From the NCBI GenBank assembly GCA_037447605.1, contig CM074811.1, positions 3,162,001-3,226,000 of the forward strand: a DNA stretch of 64,000 nucleotides. The letters run 5' to 3'. This document shows positions 26,270-38,655 of the stretch, one piece after another (position 1 is the stretch's first letter; each line of letters opens with the position of its first letter). Under the pieces are notes generated by a model. The model was not told where the DNA came from. It worked only from the letters and a program-made list of their open reading frames with translations, and did no database searches. The position numbers and the translations under genes were made by a program. The DNA comes from Zygnema circumcarinatum SAG 698-1b (Eukaryota > Plantae > Zygnematophyceae).

Positions 26270-26540
26270 GGTTGCGAATCATTGTTGGCATCCCGGCCAA
26301 CCATTGGCTATGGTTCGCGATTGGATTGGCGACCATTGGACAACCATTGGATCGCAATGGTTGGACGTCCAATGGTTGGCAACCATTCGAATGGTTGATC
26401 CAATGGTCCGACCTGTGCAATCATTGTCAATCGTTGGATGCAATGGTTGCGAACCGTCGATGATTCTCGAGCCGGGCAACCATTGGGTGCCAATGGTTGC
26501 AACACATATTGTCCAACGGTTGTCGACCAACCATTGGACT
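26270..26540. repeat. Cluster of self-complementary AACCATTGG/CCAATGGTT units
   Basis: Perfect 18-bp palindrome caaccattcgaatggttg (26380-26397); stem-loops caaccattgg-gtg-ccaatggttg (~26478-26500) and caaccatt-ggatcgc-aatggttg (26341-26363). Confidence 0.8.
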
Positions 26541-26897
26541 TCCCATCATCTCCACCTCACGGACCCAAGACTGCAAGCACATGGGCAGAGCGGCAGAACA
26601 GCAGGCGGCAGCAGCAGCAGCAGCAGCAGCAGCCACGCAATACAAGCAGGGCATACCAGCATCTGCATCTCATCCCATGCCATACATGCCTCACCATCCA
26701 CCCATGCCATGCATGCCATGTATGCCATGCATCCCACACCATCCATGCATGTCTCTTCCAAACCTGCTCTAACCCTAAAGGGCCTCAACCCAACCTCACT
26801 CCCACTGTTGCCCACTCTCTCTCCCTCTCCCACTCCTCTCTCTCACTCTTCCTTTCCCCTTCCATCTGCATCTTCCGGGAGGTTTAAAGGATGCGCC

Positions 26898-27086
26898 ATG
26901 GCTGTCCCTCCTCGCATGCGTCTCCTTAATGACGAAGCTGCCCCGGCTGCTGCATCCTCCGCTCCTTCCAAGAAGGAGGTTTTGAAGTCAGGGCTAACTC
27001 AGACGCAGGAGCTTGAAGCGCTGGCTATTGGAGCAGCCATGACTGTCGCCGCTCTCTGCTTGCTCGTCTACTTCGACCTACTGTAG
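26898..27086 (+). CDS. 62-aa small ORF with C-terminal hydrophobic helix
   Basis: gccATGG context like neighbouring genes; MAVPPRMRLLNDEAAPAAASSAPSKKEVLKSGLTQTQELEALAIGAAMTVAALCLLVYFDLL*. Confidence 0.45.
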   Translation: MAVPPRMRLLNDEAAPAAASSAPSKKEVLKSGLTQTQELEALAIGAAMTVAALCLLVYFDLL

Positions 27087-27199
27087 TGTTTTCCGTCAAG
27101 CAGTTATGCTTTTTGACAGTTGAATGCGCAGACTTTTAGGGTTTCAGAAAAAAATTCCCACTTTTTAGGCTTCCCTCCCTCTTTTAGGGTTATACTTCG

Positions 27200-27714
27200 A
27201 TGAGGCTACAGAACAAAGTCGCAATCGTGACAGGAGGATCACAGGGAATCGGCGCTGCATGTGTTCGGAAATTTGTTGAAGAAGGCGCCTTTGTGGTTGT
27301 GGCGGACATCGATGTGTGTGCGGGAGAGGCTTTGGTCAGAGAGATATGCGGCAAGTTTTGTGATGTTGGAGAGGACGTTCAACATGACACGGAAGGCAGC
27401 CATGACTTTGATAGTCCGAGTCCTCACATCGCTTCGAATGTGTTGGAGAAAGGAACGGCATCAAATCCCAATGCGCATTTAAAAAATGGAAGCCGCGTTG
27501 CTTTTGTTAGGTGAACTCCAAACTTGCATTCCTAGCTACAGTTTTAATAAATAACTAGAATTTTTGGCAAGACTTATAAACTTTAAGCTGCCCTGCTTCT
27601 GTTTCGACCCCTTCAACTTGAACCCCTTGAACTTGATAATTTGATAACAGAATATAATAATAATATGTTAATATTTGATAATTCCGCCCCCCACCCAAAC
27701 CCAAGGTAAGATCA

Positions 27715-27764
<50 letters not shown>

Positions 27765-28944
27765 CTGATTTTGGATTCTGTCTTTTGCGATACGTGCAGA
27801 TGTGATGTGAGATCCTCCACGGATATCGAGACTGCCATGGAAACCGCCGAAAATATCTTCGGAGGAATCGATATTCTTGTGAACAATGCGGCCATTCAGA
27901 ACACGAAAGGGATTATGGACACGAGTGAGGACGAATGGCTCCAAGTTTTAGATACAAACTTAACTTCTGTTTTTCGTGGTGTAAAAGCCGTTGTTCCTCG
28001 AATGAGAAGGAGAGGGGGAGGAGCAATCATCAACACATCTTCAACTTTCGCCATCGTTGGCTCTGCAGGTAACCTTTTTTCACCATTGTTTTCACTTTCC
28101 TCAGCTTTCCGTCCTTTGAAAATGTATTCATGAAACTACTCGGTAACCTCAACTGTTCTTGTATTTATCTATTTTATAGAATAAAATGTTTATAGGATTG
28201 TGCAATCAACAGCATGACTGACCCCAATTCTTTTTCTCTAATGAAGCTTTTCATGGGAACAAACTTTCTTTTCAGGCTATGCAGCATATCATGCTTCTAA
28301 GGGAGGGGTATCTTCCTTTACTCGAGCGGCTGCTTTAGATTTGCTTCAATACAACATACGCGTGAACGCTGTCTGCCCGGGAACCACTAACACGCCCGGA
28401 CTGCTCAAGGTACAGCCACTGAATAAGGAGGAAAATAATTTCACTCATGTATTGCAAACCCTAACAGGGAACAAGGGTCAACCCTAACTTTGCTCTCCCT
28501 CTCGCTCCCGTCGTCTCTCTGCCTCTCTTCCTCTCCCTCTCTTTTCCGCTTCTTCTCTCATCCTCTCTCCCTCTCTCACTCTACCTCCCCCTCTGCCTCT
28601 CCCTCTCCCCCCTCTCCACCCCCACTTCCCCCTCCCCGCTCACCCTCCCCCCTCTCCCTCTCTCCCCCCACTCTCTCTCTCCAGTTCTCCCTCTCCACCA
28701 CTCTGTCTCTCCTCACTCTCCCTCTCTCTCTCTGCCTCTCGCATAATTGTTACAGGGTGTGCAAACCACATGTGGAGATGAGAAGCCTGAGGTGCTCCTG
28801 AATGGATATTTGAAGAAGCAGCCATTGGGCCGCTTTGGGGCCTCCGAGGAGATTGCAAATGTGATCGCTTTCCTCGCGAGCGGAGAGGCGAGTTTTGTGA
28901 TCGGCGCGAATGTGGTCGTCGACGGAGGGTACACCATCGTCTAA
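27200..28944 (+). CDS. Classical short-chain dehydrogenase/reductase (SDR)
   Basis: Exons 27200-27510, 27800-28068, 28276-28409, 28756-28944. TGGSQGIG, NNAA, YHASK (YxxxK), IRVNAVCPG, VDGGY. Confidence 0.95.
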
Positions 28945-29119
28945 CGGTTCCATGTGCGCGCGCACAAACGGTAACAGTGTTGGGGTTTTGTGTTGGTCGT
29001 TTTGGAGTTATATGAGCTCTACAAATGGGCAATCTTCTTAACGAAAGATCTTTGTTTGTGCTACTGTTTGTGGATACTTGTTCGTTGTACGAGTCAGTTG
29101 TACGAGTCAGTTCATTTTT

Positions 29120-29193
<74 letters not shown>

Positions 29194-29292
29194 GCTTCAC
29201 ATTAGTTCACTGCTTCAATGCCTACAGCAAACACACCAATTCGAACATGATTTGACCATGCTGAAATTGATGTCGAGTGGATCAAATGTATG

Positions 29293-32200
29293 TCAAATCG
29301 GTCCAACATCACTTTTCATCCCTCGAGCCTCCTCCATCGCCTGCCTCAAAAACGTGATCTCTATAAACAACCGCGCGTAGTCATATGGACATATGGTAGC
29401 TGGCAACAATACCCCCTCCAACTCCCTCTCCCTCTCCTTCTCCATTTCCCTCTCCCTCTCCCTCTCCCTTTCCCTCCTCGCCTGCCTGAACCTCAATTTC
29501 TCCACGTCACTCCCTTCCTCTCCGCCCCTCTCTCGACCCCCATTGCCACCAATGTCAGCATTAGCGTTTCGCTCCCTCCCATCTTTCCTTGTGGTTTCTT
29601 CGCCGTTCTCCATCTCCTCCATCACTTGAGCCATCATCTTCTCCCAACTCGCCTCATCCTTCACAACCCACTCTCCCTCTTCACTCAGTTCCTCCTCCTC
29701 CCAATCCTCTCCCACCGCCTCCGGCCCTCCCTCTCCCTCCCACTCTCTCTCATCCTCGCCCTCCCCCTCCCCCTCCCCGTCCCACTCATCTTCCTCCAAA
29801 TTACTCATGGCACTCTCTCCCTCATCCTCTCCCTCCCTCCCCCGCTTAAAGTACTCTTTAGGGGGCATATATGGCTGTAAGGGACTTTCCGGATGATTTT
29901 CAAAGACAAACTTCCAAATTCGGTTTTTCGCCTCATCACTGGCCTTTTCATATGCGTCTACGATCGATTCCTGTGTGTCAGTTTCCCGTTTCCGTAATAT
30001 GTTACAGATTTCCCCGTAAAACGTCCTTCTCATGTAAACTCCCTTTCCATGATGCCCCGTTCCGTTTCCGTGAGGGTCCAGCAATCCCACAAGCGGCTCA
30101 AAAAACGGCGGCTGGGGTTCAAACCGAATCTGCAGCGGAAAAGAGAAAATAAGAGGGGATTAGGGTTTAGGGTTTAAGGTTCAAAGTCAATTAGCTTGGG
30201 CTGACTAGTGCCGTTAGGGTTTTTCGCAGCTGGCTTCAGGGTCGTTCAGGGGATCTTTTTAGGGCCTTTAGGGCTTCCAAGGGTTTTAGGGCCTCCAGGG
30301 TTTTAGGGCTTCTAGGGTTCCTAGGTTATATGGATTCTAGGGTTTTTAGTGTCTCTAGAGAGTCTCTATGGTCTCTATGGTCTCTATGGTTTCAAATCTT
30401 TTTATGGTTTCTAGGGTCTTTAGGGCTTCAGAGTTTCTAGGGCTTTAGGGTTTCAGGGTTTGAGGGTTTTAGGGTTTTCAGGGCTTTTAGGGTTTTTAGT
30501 GTTTTTAGGGTTTCTAGGTTTTCAGGGTTTGAGGGTTTTAGGGTTTCTAGGTCTTCAGGGTTTCTAGGTTTTCAAGGTTTTAGGGTTTTTAGGGTTTTAG
30601 GGTTTTAGGGCTTCAAGGGCCCACCTGGAAGCCCGGCCGTTTGATGTAAATGAGGTCGGGGCGGTACCACGCGACGCACTGCGCCAAGTTTGACCTAATT
30701 TTTGAACTTATCTGGTCGCCGAGCCGCCACTTGTCGACTGCCGATTCGCTCTCAACGGCCATTTGGGCCACAAGGGTCCACTCGTCCCAGGGCGCCTGCG
30801 CGCACACCCGAAAAAATATGGAAAGGAAAAGGGGAAAATGATAGTAAATAAGTAAATAACGATTGAGATAAGACGCATTCCTATATCCTTTTTTGCGAGG
30901 GTTTTCTTTACCTTGGCCTAAAAATCGCCACTTATGAGATGAACCCCCAAAAAAAAAAAAATCAAACACAAATGTAATTAGTGTCCTTTATAGCTCTAAA
31001 TCTAAATTTAGTTTTTAAGCTGACCTCCGAAGAAGCGAATTTTCGGCCCAACGGTCGAACGAACACAAAGAATGTCTTCACGTTCCTTCCGTTCATTTTG
31101 AAGAGCGTTTTCTCGTACTCGCCACACATCACATTGCGGTCGATCTGCTCCTGCTCTGCATGGAAACGCCGTTAAACGGAAAGTTAGACCACCTCCCACT
31201 ACCTCCTCTTTCCCTCGCCCACTTCCTCTCTCCTTCCCCCTCTCCCTCTTCCTCTCCCACTCCCACTCTCACTCCCACTCCACTCACCCTCTCCCCCTCC
31301 CTCTCTCTCTCCCACTCTCTCTCCCCCTCCCACGTCCCTCTCCCTCTCCCCCTCCCCGCAACCTCTCCCTCTCCCCTCTCCCCTCTCCCCCCTCCCGCTC
31401 CCGCTCCCGCTCCCTCTCCCTCTCCCCCCTCCCCTTCCTCCTTGCCCTCTCCCACTCGCTCTCCTCTCTCCCCCTTTCCTACCCCTGCCCCCAATAAAAG
31501 CAGATAAATCGAGATGATTACGAGCATGTTTGCAAAGTACAGAGAGAGAGGTTGGACCTCTCACACCCCGAGAATCCAAAAAAAACCCTAAACCCTACAA
31601 CCCAAACCCCAAAAAAACCAAAACCCTAAACCCTGCACCTCTCTCTCTCCCGCTCCCTCTCCCTCTCTTACCTCGATCATTCCTCACAGTCGAAAAGTGA
31701 ACTATGACCGGTTGGTTCCACCTTCCCTTGATCGGCTTCCCCTGAATCCATGTACGGAATCTGTACGGTCCGTGCGGCCCATAGACATATCTGCCTCGCA
31801 AAATTTCCGCATTCGATTTTCTTTTGAACTTTTTCTTTTTGGGTACATCTTCGTATGCATCGTCGTCGTAAATTGCGCCTTCGCGAGGAGGAGGTCGTGG
31901 GTTCGATCTCGCAGCTTGAAACGTGGCTTTTCTATCTGTGCCGGGTAGAGAAAAAGAAATATAAGGTGGGGGGGCGAGAGGGAGGGAGGGAGGGAGGGGA
32001 GAGAGGGAGGGAGAGGGGAGAAGAAGGGGAGAGAGGAAAAGGGCTTCCAAAAGTAGTAAAATTAGGGTTTTAGGAGGGGTCAGACTATGCAGGGGAGAAG
32101 AAAAAAATAGAAATGTAGAGTTGGAATGAAAGCGAAACAGACGAGAGATGAGGTTTTGAAGTAGGAGGGCCTCTCTCTCACTCTCTCCCCTTCCCTCTCC

Positions 32201-33391
32201 CGCTATCTGTCCTCCCTCTGCCTCTCTCTCTCTTCCCTCTCTCTCTCTCCCCTTCTAACTCGCTCTCGTTCTTTCCGCCATCTCTTCCACTCTCTCACCC
32301 TCTACCTCCCTCTCTCTATCCCTTTCTCTTTCCCTCAAAACAAGGCATTAACCATGAAGCTGCAAACTCACTTCCACAATCGCCAAAATCAAATTAACGA
32401 AGATCCTTCAAAAGAAAAGTGGGGGAGAGGAAAAAAAATCAAAAAAGCAAAAAAAGGACCGACCAACAGCGAATACAAAATTTAACATTTCCAAAAAAGT
32501 GAAGTATCAAAACATTAGATATTAATAGGATAACATAAAATAAAAATAAAAATGCGTACCATACTCTGCCCAGTAGAAGGGATTCCCTGCTTTGGCGGCT
32601 TCAATCCAAGGGTCCAAAACAAACCCTCCATCTCCTACCACTGTCTCTTCACACTTCCACGGGTCCTCTCCCACTCCCTCTCCCTCTCTCCCTCCCTCCA
32701 CTCCCTCTCCCAACTCCTCCCTCCCTCCCCCTCCCTCCCCCCCACCCCTCTCTCCCCTCCCCTCCTCCCTCCTCCACTTCTCCCTTCCCGCAAACCGATT
32801 CTCAAACCTCCCCACTTCCCTACTATCGCTGCCTTCAACACTTTTAGAGTTTTTAGGGTTCAGACTACTTTTAGGATTGGTGGGGTTTCTGGTTTTAGGC
32901 CTTTTCACTGGTCCCTCCGCGGCGCTGCCTCCCTCTCCCTCTCCCTTTCTTCCCTCTCTCTCCCCTCTCCCACCCCCCTCTCTCCTCCCCTTCTCCTCCC
33001 GCCCTGTCTGCCTCTCTTCCCTGCCCACCTCCTTCCTCTGCCTCCCCCTCCCTTCCCCCTCTGGTCTCTGCCACGTGGCATCCTCTCCCTCCCTCCTCCC
33101 TTCTCCCCAGCCCTCTTCCTCTCCCTTTCTCTCCCTCCCATCATCTCCCCGACCCTCTCTCCCACCCTCTCTCCCTCCCTCTCTCCCTCCCCCTCTCCCC
33201 CCGTCTCTCCCACTCGCTCCCACACCCACCACTCTCACAGCTTTCTTCCGACAGCCATGGCTCCGCTTAAACCCTAAACCCTTAGCAAACCCTAATACCT
33301 CTAACCTCACATCTGAAAAAGCTCTCCTCTGTTTAAGATTCAGAGAAGGTTTGGGCGCAAGGAAGGGCGCCACGTGGCAAGCTCTCAGCAT
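29293..33391 (-). CDS. HMR: pTAC12 / HEMERA / PAP5 plastid RNA polymerase-associated protein
   Basis: Exons 33391-32560, 31935-31672, 31155-31025, 30795-30625, 30129-29293, in phase. Transit-peptide-like start; YGPHGPYRF, APWDEWTLVAQMAVE...VDKWRL...QCVAWYRPDLIYIKRPGFQIRFEPQ, NHPESPLQPY, acidic tract and C-terminal CPYDYARLFIEITFLRQA match recalled pTAC12. Confidence 0.85.
30160..30612 (+). repeat. Degenerate telomere-like array filling HMR intron 4
   Basis: Repeated ttagggtt/tagggttttag/cagggttt units. Confidence 0.8.
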
Positions 33392-33812
33392 TCCGTGCAG
33401 TGATCGCTAATTTCAGTCCTAATGACTACTATTGAACCTTATTAAATCACTAACTTCAGCCCTGGACAAATCTTTCAAGTTTTAAACTCCGAGAAAACAA
33501 TTACCGGTACACAAATTTCAGCCCTAAATGTAACCCTAATTTCAGACCTGTTTTTGAAAAAGCTAATGTTTAACTTTTCTGACACGTGCAGAAAGTGACA
33601 TGACTTCAATCTTGGATTGCCACGTGGCACTCACGAAGCGCGCCACGTGGCCAAATACAGAGTTCACTTTTTACCTTCGCTGAAGTGGCGACAAAAAGGC
33701 GCCGCTCCCCGCGCAGTGCTCGATCTGAAGATCGCCACGTGTCATATTCTGACTCGTCCACGTGTCGGTGTAATCTGCCACGTGGGACCACGGCGACCTG
33801 CCACGTGACGCC
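33392..33812. promoter_or_regulatory. Bidirectional promoter with G-box (CACGTG) cluster
   Basis: 421 bp between divergent ATGs. CACGTG at 33583, 33621, 33644, 33736, 33759, 33779 and 33802, plus 33371 and 33885 just inside the genes. Confidence 0.7.
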
Positions 33813-36800
33813 ATGTACGAGCTGGAGATCCAGGTGGCAGCTCGCGCTGTACGGTTGGCGGCCGCGCTCTGCCAGGTATACTGCCACGTGGCGCACCTTC
33901 GCTCCTCTCCTCTCTTCTCTCTCTCTCTCTCTCTCTCCCCCCCCCGTCTCCCTCTCTTCCCACATTGTCCAGACTCACTCCCTTCGTCTCTCTGCCTCGT
34001 TTTCTCTCCCGCTAATGCCTCTCCTCTCCATCCCTCCCTCTCTCCCCATTCCTCTCCCTTTTGCTCTTCACCTCTCCTCTCCCCCTTTCCTCCTCTCCTT
34101 CCTCTCCTCTCCACGCTCTCCCTCTCCCCCCGCTCCCTGCCCTCCTCTCTCCCCCCATCTCTCCTCCTTCCCTCCCTTCCTCCCTCCCTCCCATGACCCC
34201 TCCCTCTCCCCCTTTTCCATGCAACGCAGACCGTTCAACGGCAGTTAGCAGTCAGTGAAACGGCAGCAAAAGCCGATAAATCGCCGGTCACCGTTGCGGA
34301 CTACGGTGAGCCTCACACGTAGCCAGTTAATGCAATCACCTTATGAAATCCCCCCTATTTTTTTCATTTTCAAAAGCCCATCATATCCCACATACACAAT
34401 CTCCCATTCACATGTCTCACATTCATCTGAAATGTGCGCATGTAAAGGCATTTTAGGTTAGGGTTTTAGGGGCTTCAGCACGAAGGTTTTAGGTTTAGGG
34501 TTTTTGGATTCATGGGCTTATGGGGGGAGGCAGGCTCCCAAGCTCTGGTCAGTTGGGCCCTGGAAAAGGCCCTCGGCCCCGGAATCTCATTGGTTGCAGA
34601 GGAGGTGGGTTCCGCTTCTATTCAGACCCTAAATCCTAAAAATGGAATACCCCAATACGAAATATCTCAAAAATTCAAAACTTCAAAAACTCCAAAACCT
34701 TAGAATCTGTTGTGAACATCAAACTCCATTCTTTTTTGCTTTGTTTTTGGAGTTTTATTCTTTTTAAAACCAAGAAATAACTTACGAACTATCTTGATTA
34801 AGATTAGATTTTCTGCTGTGTCTGCATTCAGGATTCCGATGACCTCCGCGATGACAACGGCCGTTCCATGCTGCTCCGTATAACGGATCTCGTGAACGGA
34901 ACTATCTCACATGTGGACGCGGAGGCGAGCTCTCCTTCTCTGACGGAGGCGGAGGTGGTCGCAGCCATCGACAGAGGGAGGTCCCCCGGAGGTCCAAATG
35001 GCCGCCATTGGGTCCTCGACCCCATTGACGGAACGAAGGGGTACTCTCTCTCTCTCTCTCTCGCTCTCCCTCTCTTTCTCTCTCTCGCTCTGTCTCTCTC
35101 TCTCTCTTCTTTCTTTCTCTCTTTCTCTCTCTCTCTCTCTCGTTCTCTCTCTCTCTTTTTCTCTTTCTCTCTCTCTCGCTCTCGCTCTCGCTCTCTCTCT
35201 CCCTCTCTCCCTCTCCCTCTCTCTCTCACACTCCCCCTCTCTCTCTCTCCCCTCCCTTCCCTCTTTCTTCCCTGCTGCTTTCATTCCATGTTTAGTTTCT
35301 TTTTGAGGCAGGTTTGTCAGAGGGGAGCAGTACGCAGTGGCCCTTGGGCTTTTGGAGGAGGGAAAAGTGGTTTTGGGGGTTTTGGGCTGCCCCAACCTCC
35401 CTCTCTCCCCCCCCTCCAAGGGTTCAGAGGGCACCACTGGATGCCTCTTTTTGGCCCGAATAGGACAAGGCACCACTGTGGAGCCCTTAGACGGCTCGAG
35501 CCCGCCCCACCAGGTGCGATCTCTTATACCCCATTTTTGGAATTGGGGTTAAGTTGATATTTTCAATTTTCTTTCCCCTCTTTTCTTGAGGACCTTTTTC
35601 GGTTTTGGGGCGTTTGAAGGAGGGGAGGAGGGGGGGGGGGAGGGGGTGTTCCATGTGCTGATGCTGCAGTTTCAGTTCCGTTGCAGATCCGAGTCAGCGG
35701 AGTGAGCGACCCTGCATGGGCTGTGTTTTGTGAGTCGTATGAGTCGGCGCATTCCAAGCAAGATTTGACGGCCAATATTGCGCGGGTGAGTCGTGGAAAA
35801 ACATTTGAATGGTATAGACATAAGACATATATTATATGTGTAGATAGCAACTGTTTATATGGCTTGCACTTTGCTTTTAGCGAAAGGAGGAGAGAGAAAG
35901 GGAGTGTGAAATAGAGAGAGAGGGGACGAGAGAGCAATCCATTAAGGACAGGGATCAGCATCAGACATACCCAGTAGAAAGAAAGAGAGAGAGAGATAGA
36001 GGGAGCGAGAGGGAGGGGGAGAGGGAGGGGCAGAGGGAGGAGAGAGAGAGGGAGGAGGGAGAGGGAGAGAGACTCATCCTCTCTCCCCTCCCTCCCTGTG
36101 TGCAGGTATTGGGAGTGACCGCCCCCCCCGTCCGCATGGACAGTCAGGCCAAGTACGGCGCCATGGCTCGCGGGGACGCGGCCATTTACCTCCGCTTCCC
36201 GCACACCGGATATCGCGAAAAGATATGGGACCATGCCGCGGGGGCCATCATCGTCACGGGTGAGAGAGGGAGGGGGGAGAGGGGAGGGGGAGAGGGGAGG
36301 GGAGGGGAGAGGGGAGGGGGAGAGGGGAGGGGGAGGGGAGGGGAGAGGGGAGAGGGGAGGGGAGAGGGGAGAGGGAGAGGGGAGGGGAGGGGAGGGGAGA
36401 GGGGAGGGGAGAGGGAGAGGGGAGGGGAGAGGGGAGAGGGGAGAGGAGGGGAGAGGGAGAGGGGGAGGGGGAGGGGGAGGGAGGGGGGAGAGGAGGGGAG
36501 AGGGGAGGGGAGAGGGAGGAGGGAGGGAGAGGGGAGGGAGGGGGAGGGGGGAGGGGAGTGGGGGAGATGGGGAGATGAGGGAGGGGGGAAGTTAGATGAG
36601 AGGGAAGGGAGAGGGAGAGGGAGAGTGAGAGGGAGAGACGGGGGGTGAGGGAGGGAGAGAGAGAGGGGGAGTGGAGGAGGGGAAGAGGGTAGAGGGGACA
36701 GAGCGGGAGAGGAGAGACCGAAGGAAGGATAAAGGGGAGAGAGAGAGAGAGAAATAACCGAAGGCCCTTTTCCTTTTCCATCTGTTCCCCTCCCTGTGTG

Positions 36801-37037
36801 CCTCCCGCCTGTTCCATGCTGTGAAATGTCCTAAATCAGTTTCGTTAAACTGCAGAGGCTGGCGGAGTTGTATGTGACGCTGCCGGCCACCCTTTGGACT
36901 TTTCCCGCGGGCGGTTCCTTGACCTTGAGAAGGGCATCCTCGCCTCCAATGCGGCCCTCATGCCGGTCCTCTTGGCGGCCGTACAGACCTGCTTGAAGGG
37001 GGAGCAGCCGGGGGGAGTGGGTGTGGGGGCAACCTAA
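33813..37037 (+). CDS. SAL1: 3'(2'),5'-bisphosphate nucleotidase (SAL1/FRY1/HAL2 family)
   Basis: Exons 33813-33875, 34230-34305, 34534-34604, 34832-35040, 35312-35513, 35687-35785, 36106-36259, 36856-37037. KADKSPVTVADYGSQ, WVLDPIDGTKGFVRGEQYAVAL, DSQAKYG, EKIWDHAAG. Confidence 0.93.
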
Positions 37038-37619
37038 GACAAAGGGTTAATAAAGGGGAAATTTGGGTCAACAAGTTGGTGGATCCAAAGGAGCACTTAG
37101 TTGGTTATACTTTGGCAATGAGATTTGGAGATGGCGAGTTACTCGTGAATGGCAAAGGAGGGATGTTTGAATGTTTGTTGAACTTGATGTTGTGAGATGT
37201 GGTTGGAGAATTGGGTGTCTATCATACCAAGCTCATGGAGATCGCCGGTGCATGCATCCCCACGTCGGGGTTTCATACGCGCAGGGCCTTTCGCTATTAC
37301 GGCGTGTCAATCTTTTACATTTCCCGAAAGATAGAGTTTGAAACCAATACTTGATTTTCAGCAGACTAATTTATAACAGCGATCTACTTTAAATCCGAAA
37401 ATTTTGCTTTCGAAATGAGTCCCGAAGCGCAATTAGGGGGACTTTCTCATAGCTTTCTGGTTACGGATTTGAATTGAGAATCCGTTCAGGACTGAATTGA
37501 GTTCTACTCGATTTTTTTAAGTCTGACATGTCCTGACTCGAAGCTCGACTTCTCGTTTTTTAGCCTTTTGCTAAGGAGTTCCCCTACCGAGTCGAACATC
37601 TTCCTCCGCCAATTTTTCC

Positions 37620-37648
37620 CTAAACCCTAAAACCCTAATCCCTGAACC

Positions 37649-37727
<79 letters not shown>
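37620..37727 (-). repeat. (CAACCCT)11 telomere-variant repeat (TTGAGGG on - strand)
   Basis: 11 perfect units at 37651-37727 preceded by aaaccctaa copies, about 310 bp upstream of MYG1. Confidence 0.9.
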
Positions 37728-37730
<3 letters not shown>

Positions 37731-38040
37731 TACCACCGTATGCAAAGTTCGACACTGCCCCTTTCATGGGGAAATGCCCGCATCGAATGTTCACCGGCTT
37801 GCGGAGCTTACATCCAACGGCCAGCCTTGTCCAGATCCGGCATCTGACTTGTGCACAATCCAACGGTCCATCGCGCCCTTTCAACCAAACATGGTAACTA
37901 GTTCGCTGCAACGCTAACTAGAACGGAGAGATGTTCCATGTGAGCGGTCCGACCGCGCGTCCAACCAAAGATGGCACATGTGGACCCGTCCCCCTCCCTC
38001 CCTCCGTCCTTGCCCCCTCCCTCGCTCTCTGTCTCCCTCC

Positions 38041-38623
38041 ATGTTGGCGCGCCTCTCCCTCCCCGCCCTCCGTGGCCCTCTCTGTGCCTGCCACGTGGTA
38101 CGCCCCGTGTCATTCTCCGTCCACGTGTCACCCCCCCTCCCTCTCCCTCTCCCCTTCCCTCCCTCCTCCACCCTCTCCCTTCCTCCCCCGTCCCCTCTCC
38201 CTCCCCTATGGCTCTCTAAACGCTCCCACCTCCTCCACCTAAACCCTTTCCGGTGCATGGCAACTACAGCAGCCGCCACAGAAGCCACGTCAGCCCTAAA
38301 CACCCTAGAAAACCGTACGGATAGTACGGAAACCGTACAGGATCCGTTCAAGAAGGCGAGAATGGCGGCCTTGCGCGTGGGGACGCACAACGGGACGTTC
38401 CATTGCGACGAAGCGTTGGGCTGTTTCATAATCCGTTTAACGGACCGGTTTCGGGACGCAGAAATTGTCAGGACGAGGGATCAAAAGGTGGGGGGGGGGA
38501 GGGGTTCAGGAGGATGGAAGTTCAAGGGAATTTTTTTTGTGGGTTTTATGCAATTGTGGGTTTTTTAGGGTTAAGGGTTTTGACATTAGTAATTTCTTTT
38601 TTTTTATTCCATTGGATTTTTGG

Positions 38624-38655
<32 letters not shown>

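Noticed and set aside
26214-27086. 290-aa ORF as a single gene
   Set aside because: The first ~230 codons run through palindromic, (GCA)n and CATGC repeats; only the last 62 codons look coding.
2977-37037. Sulfate transporter plus SAL1 as a sulfur-metabolism gene cluster
   Set aside because: They are 23 kb apart with six or more unrelated genes between; no evidence beyond coincidence.
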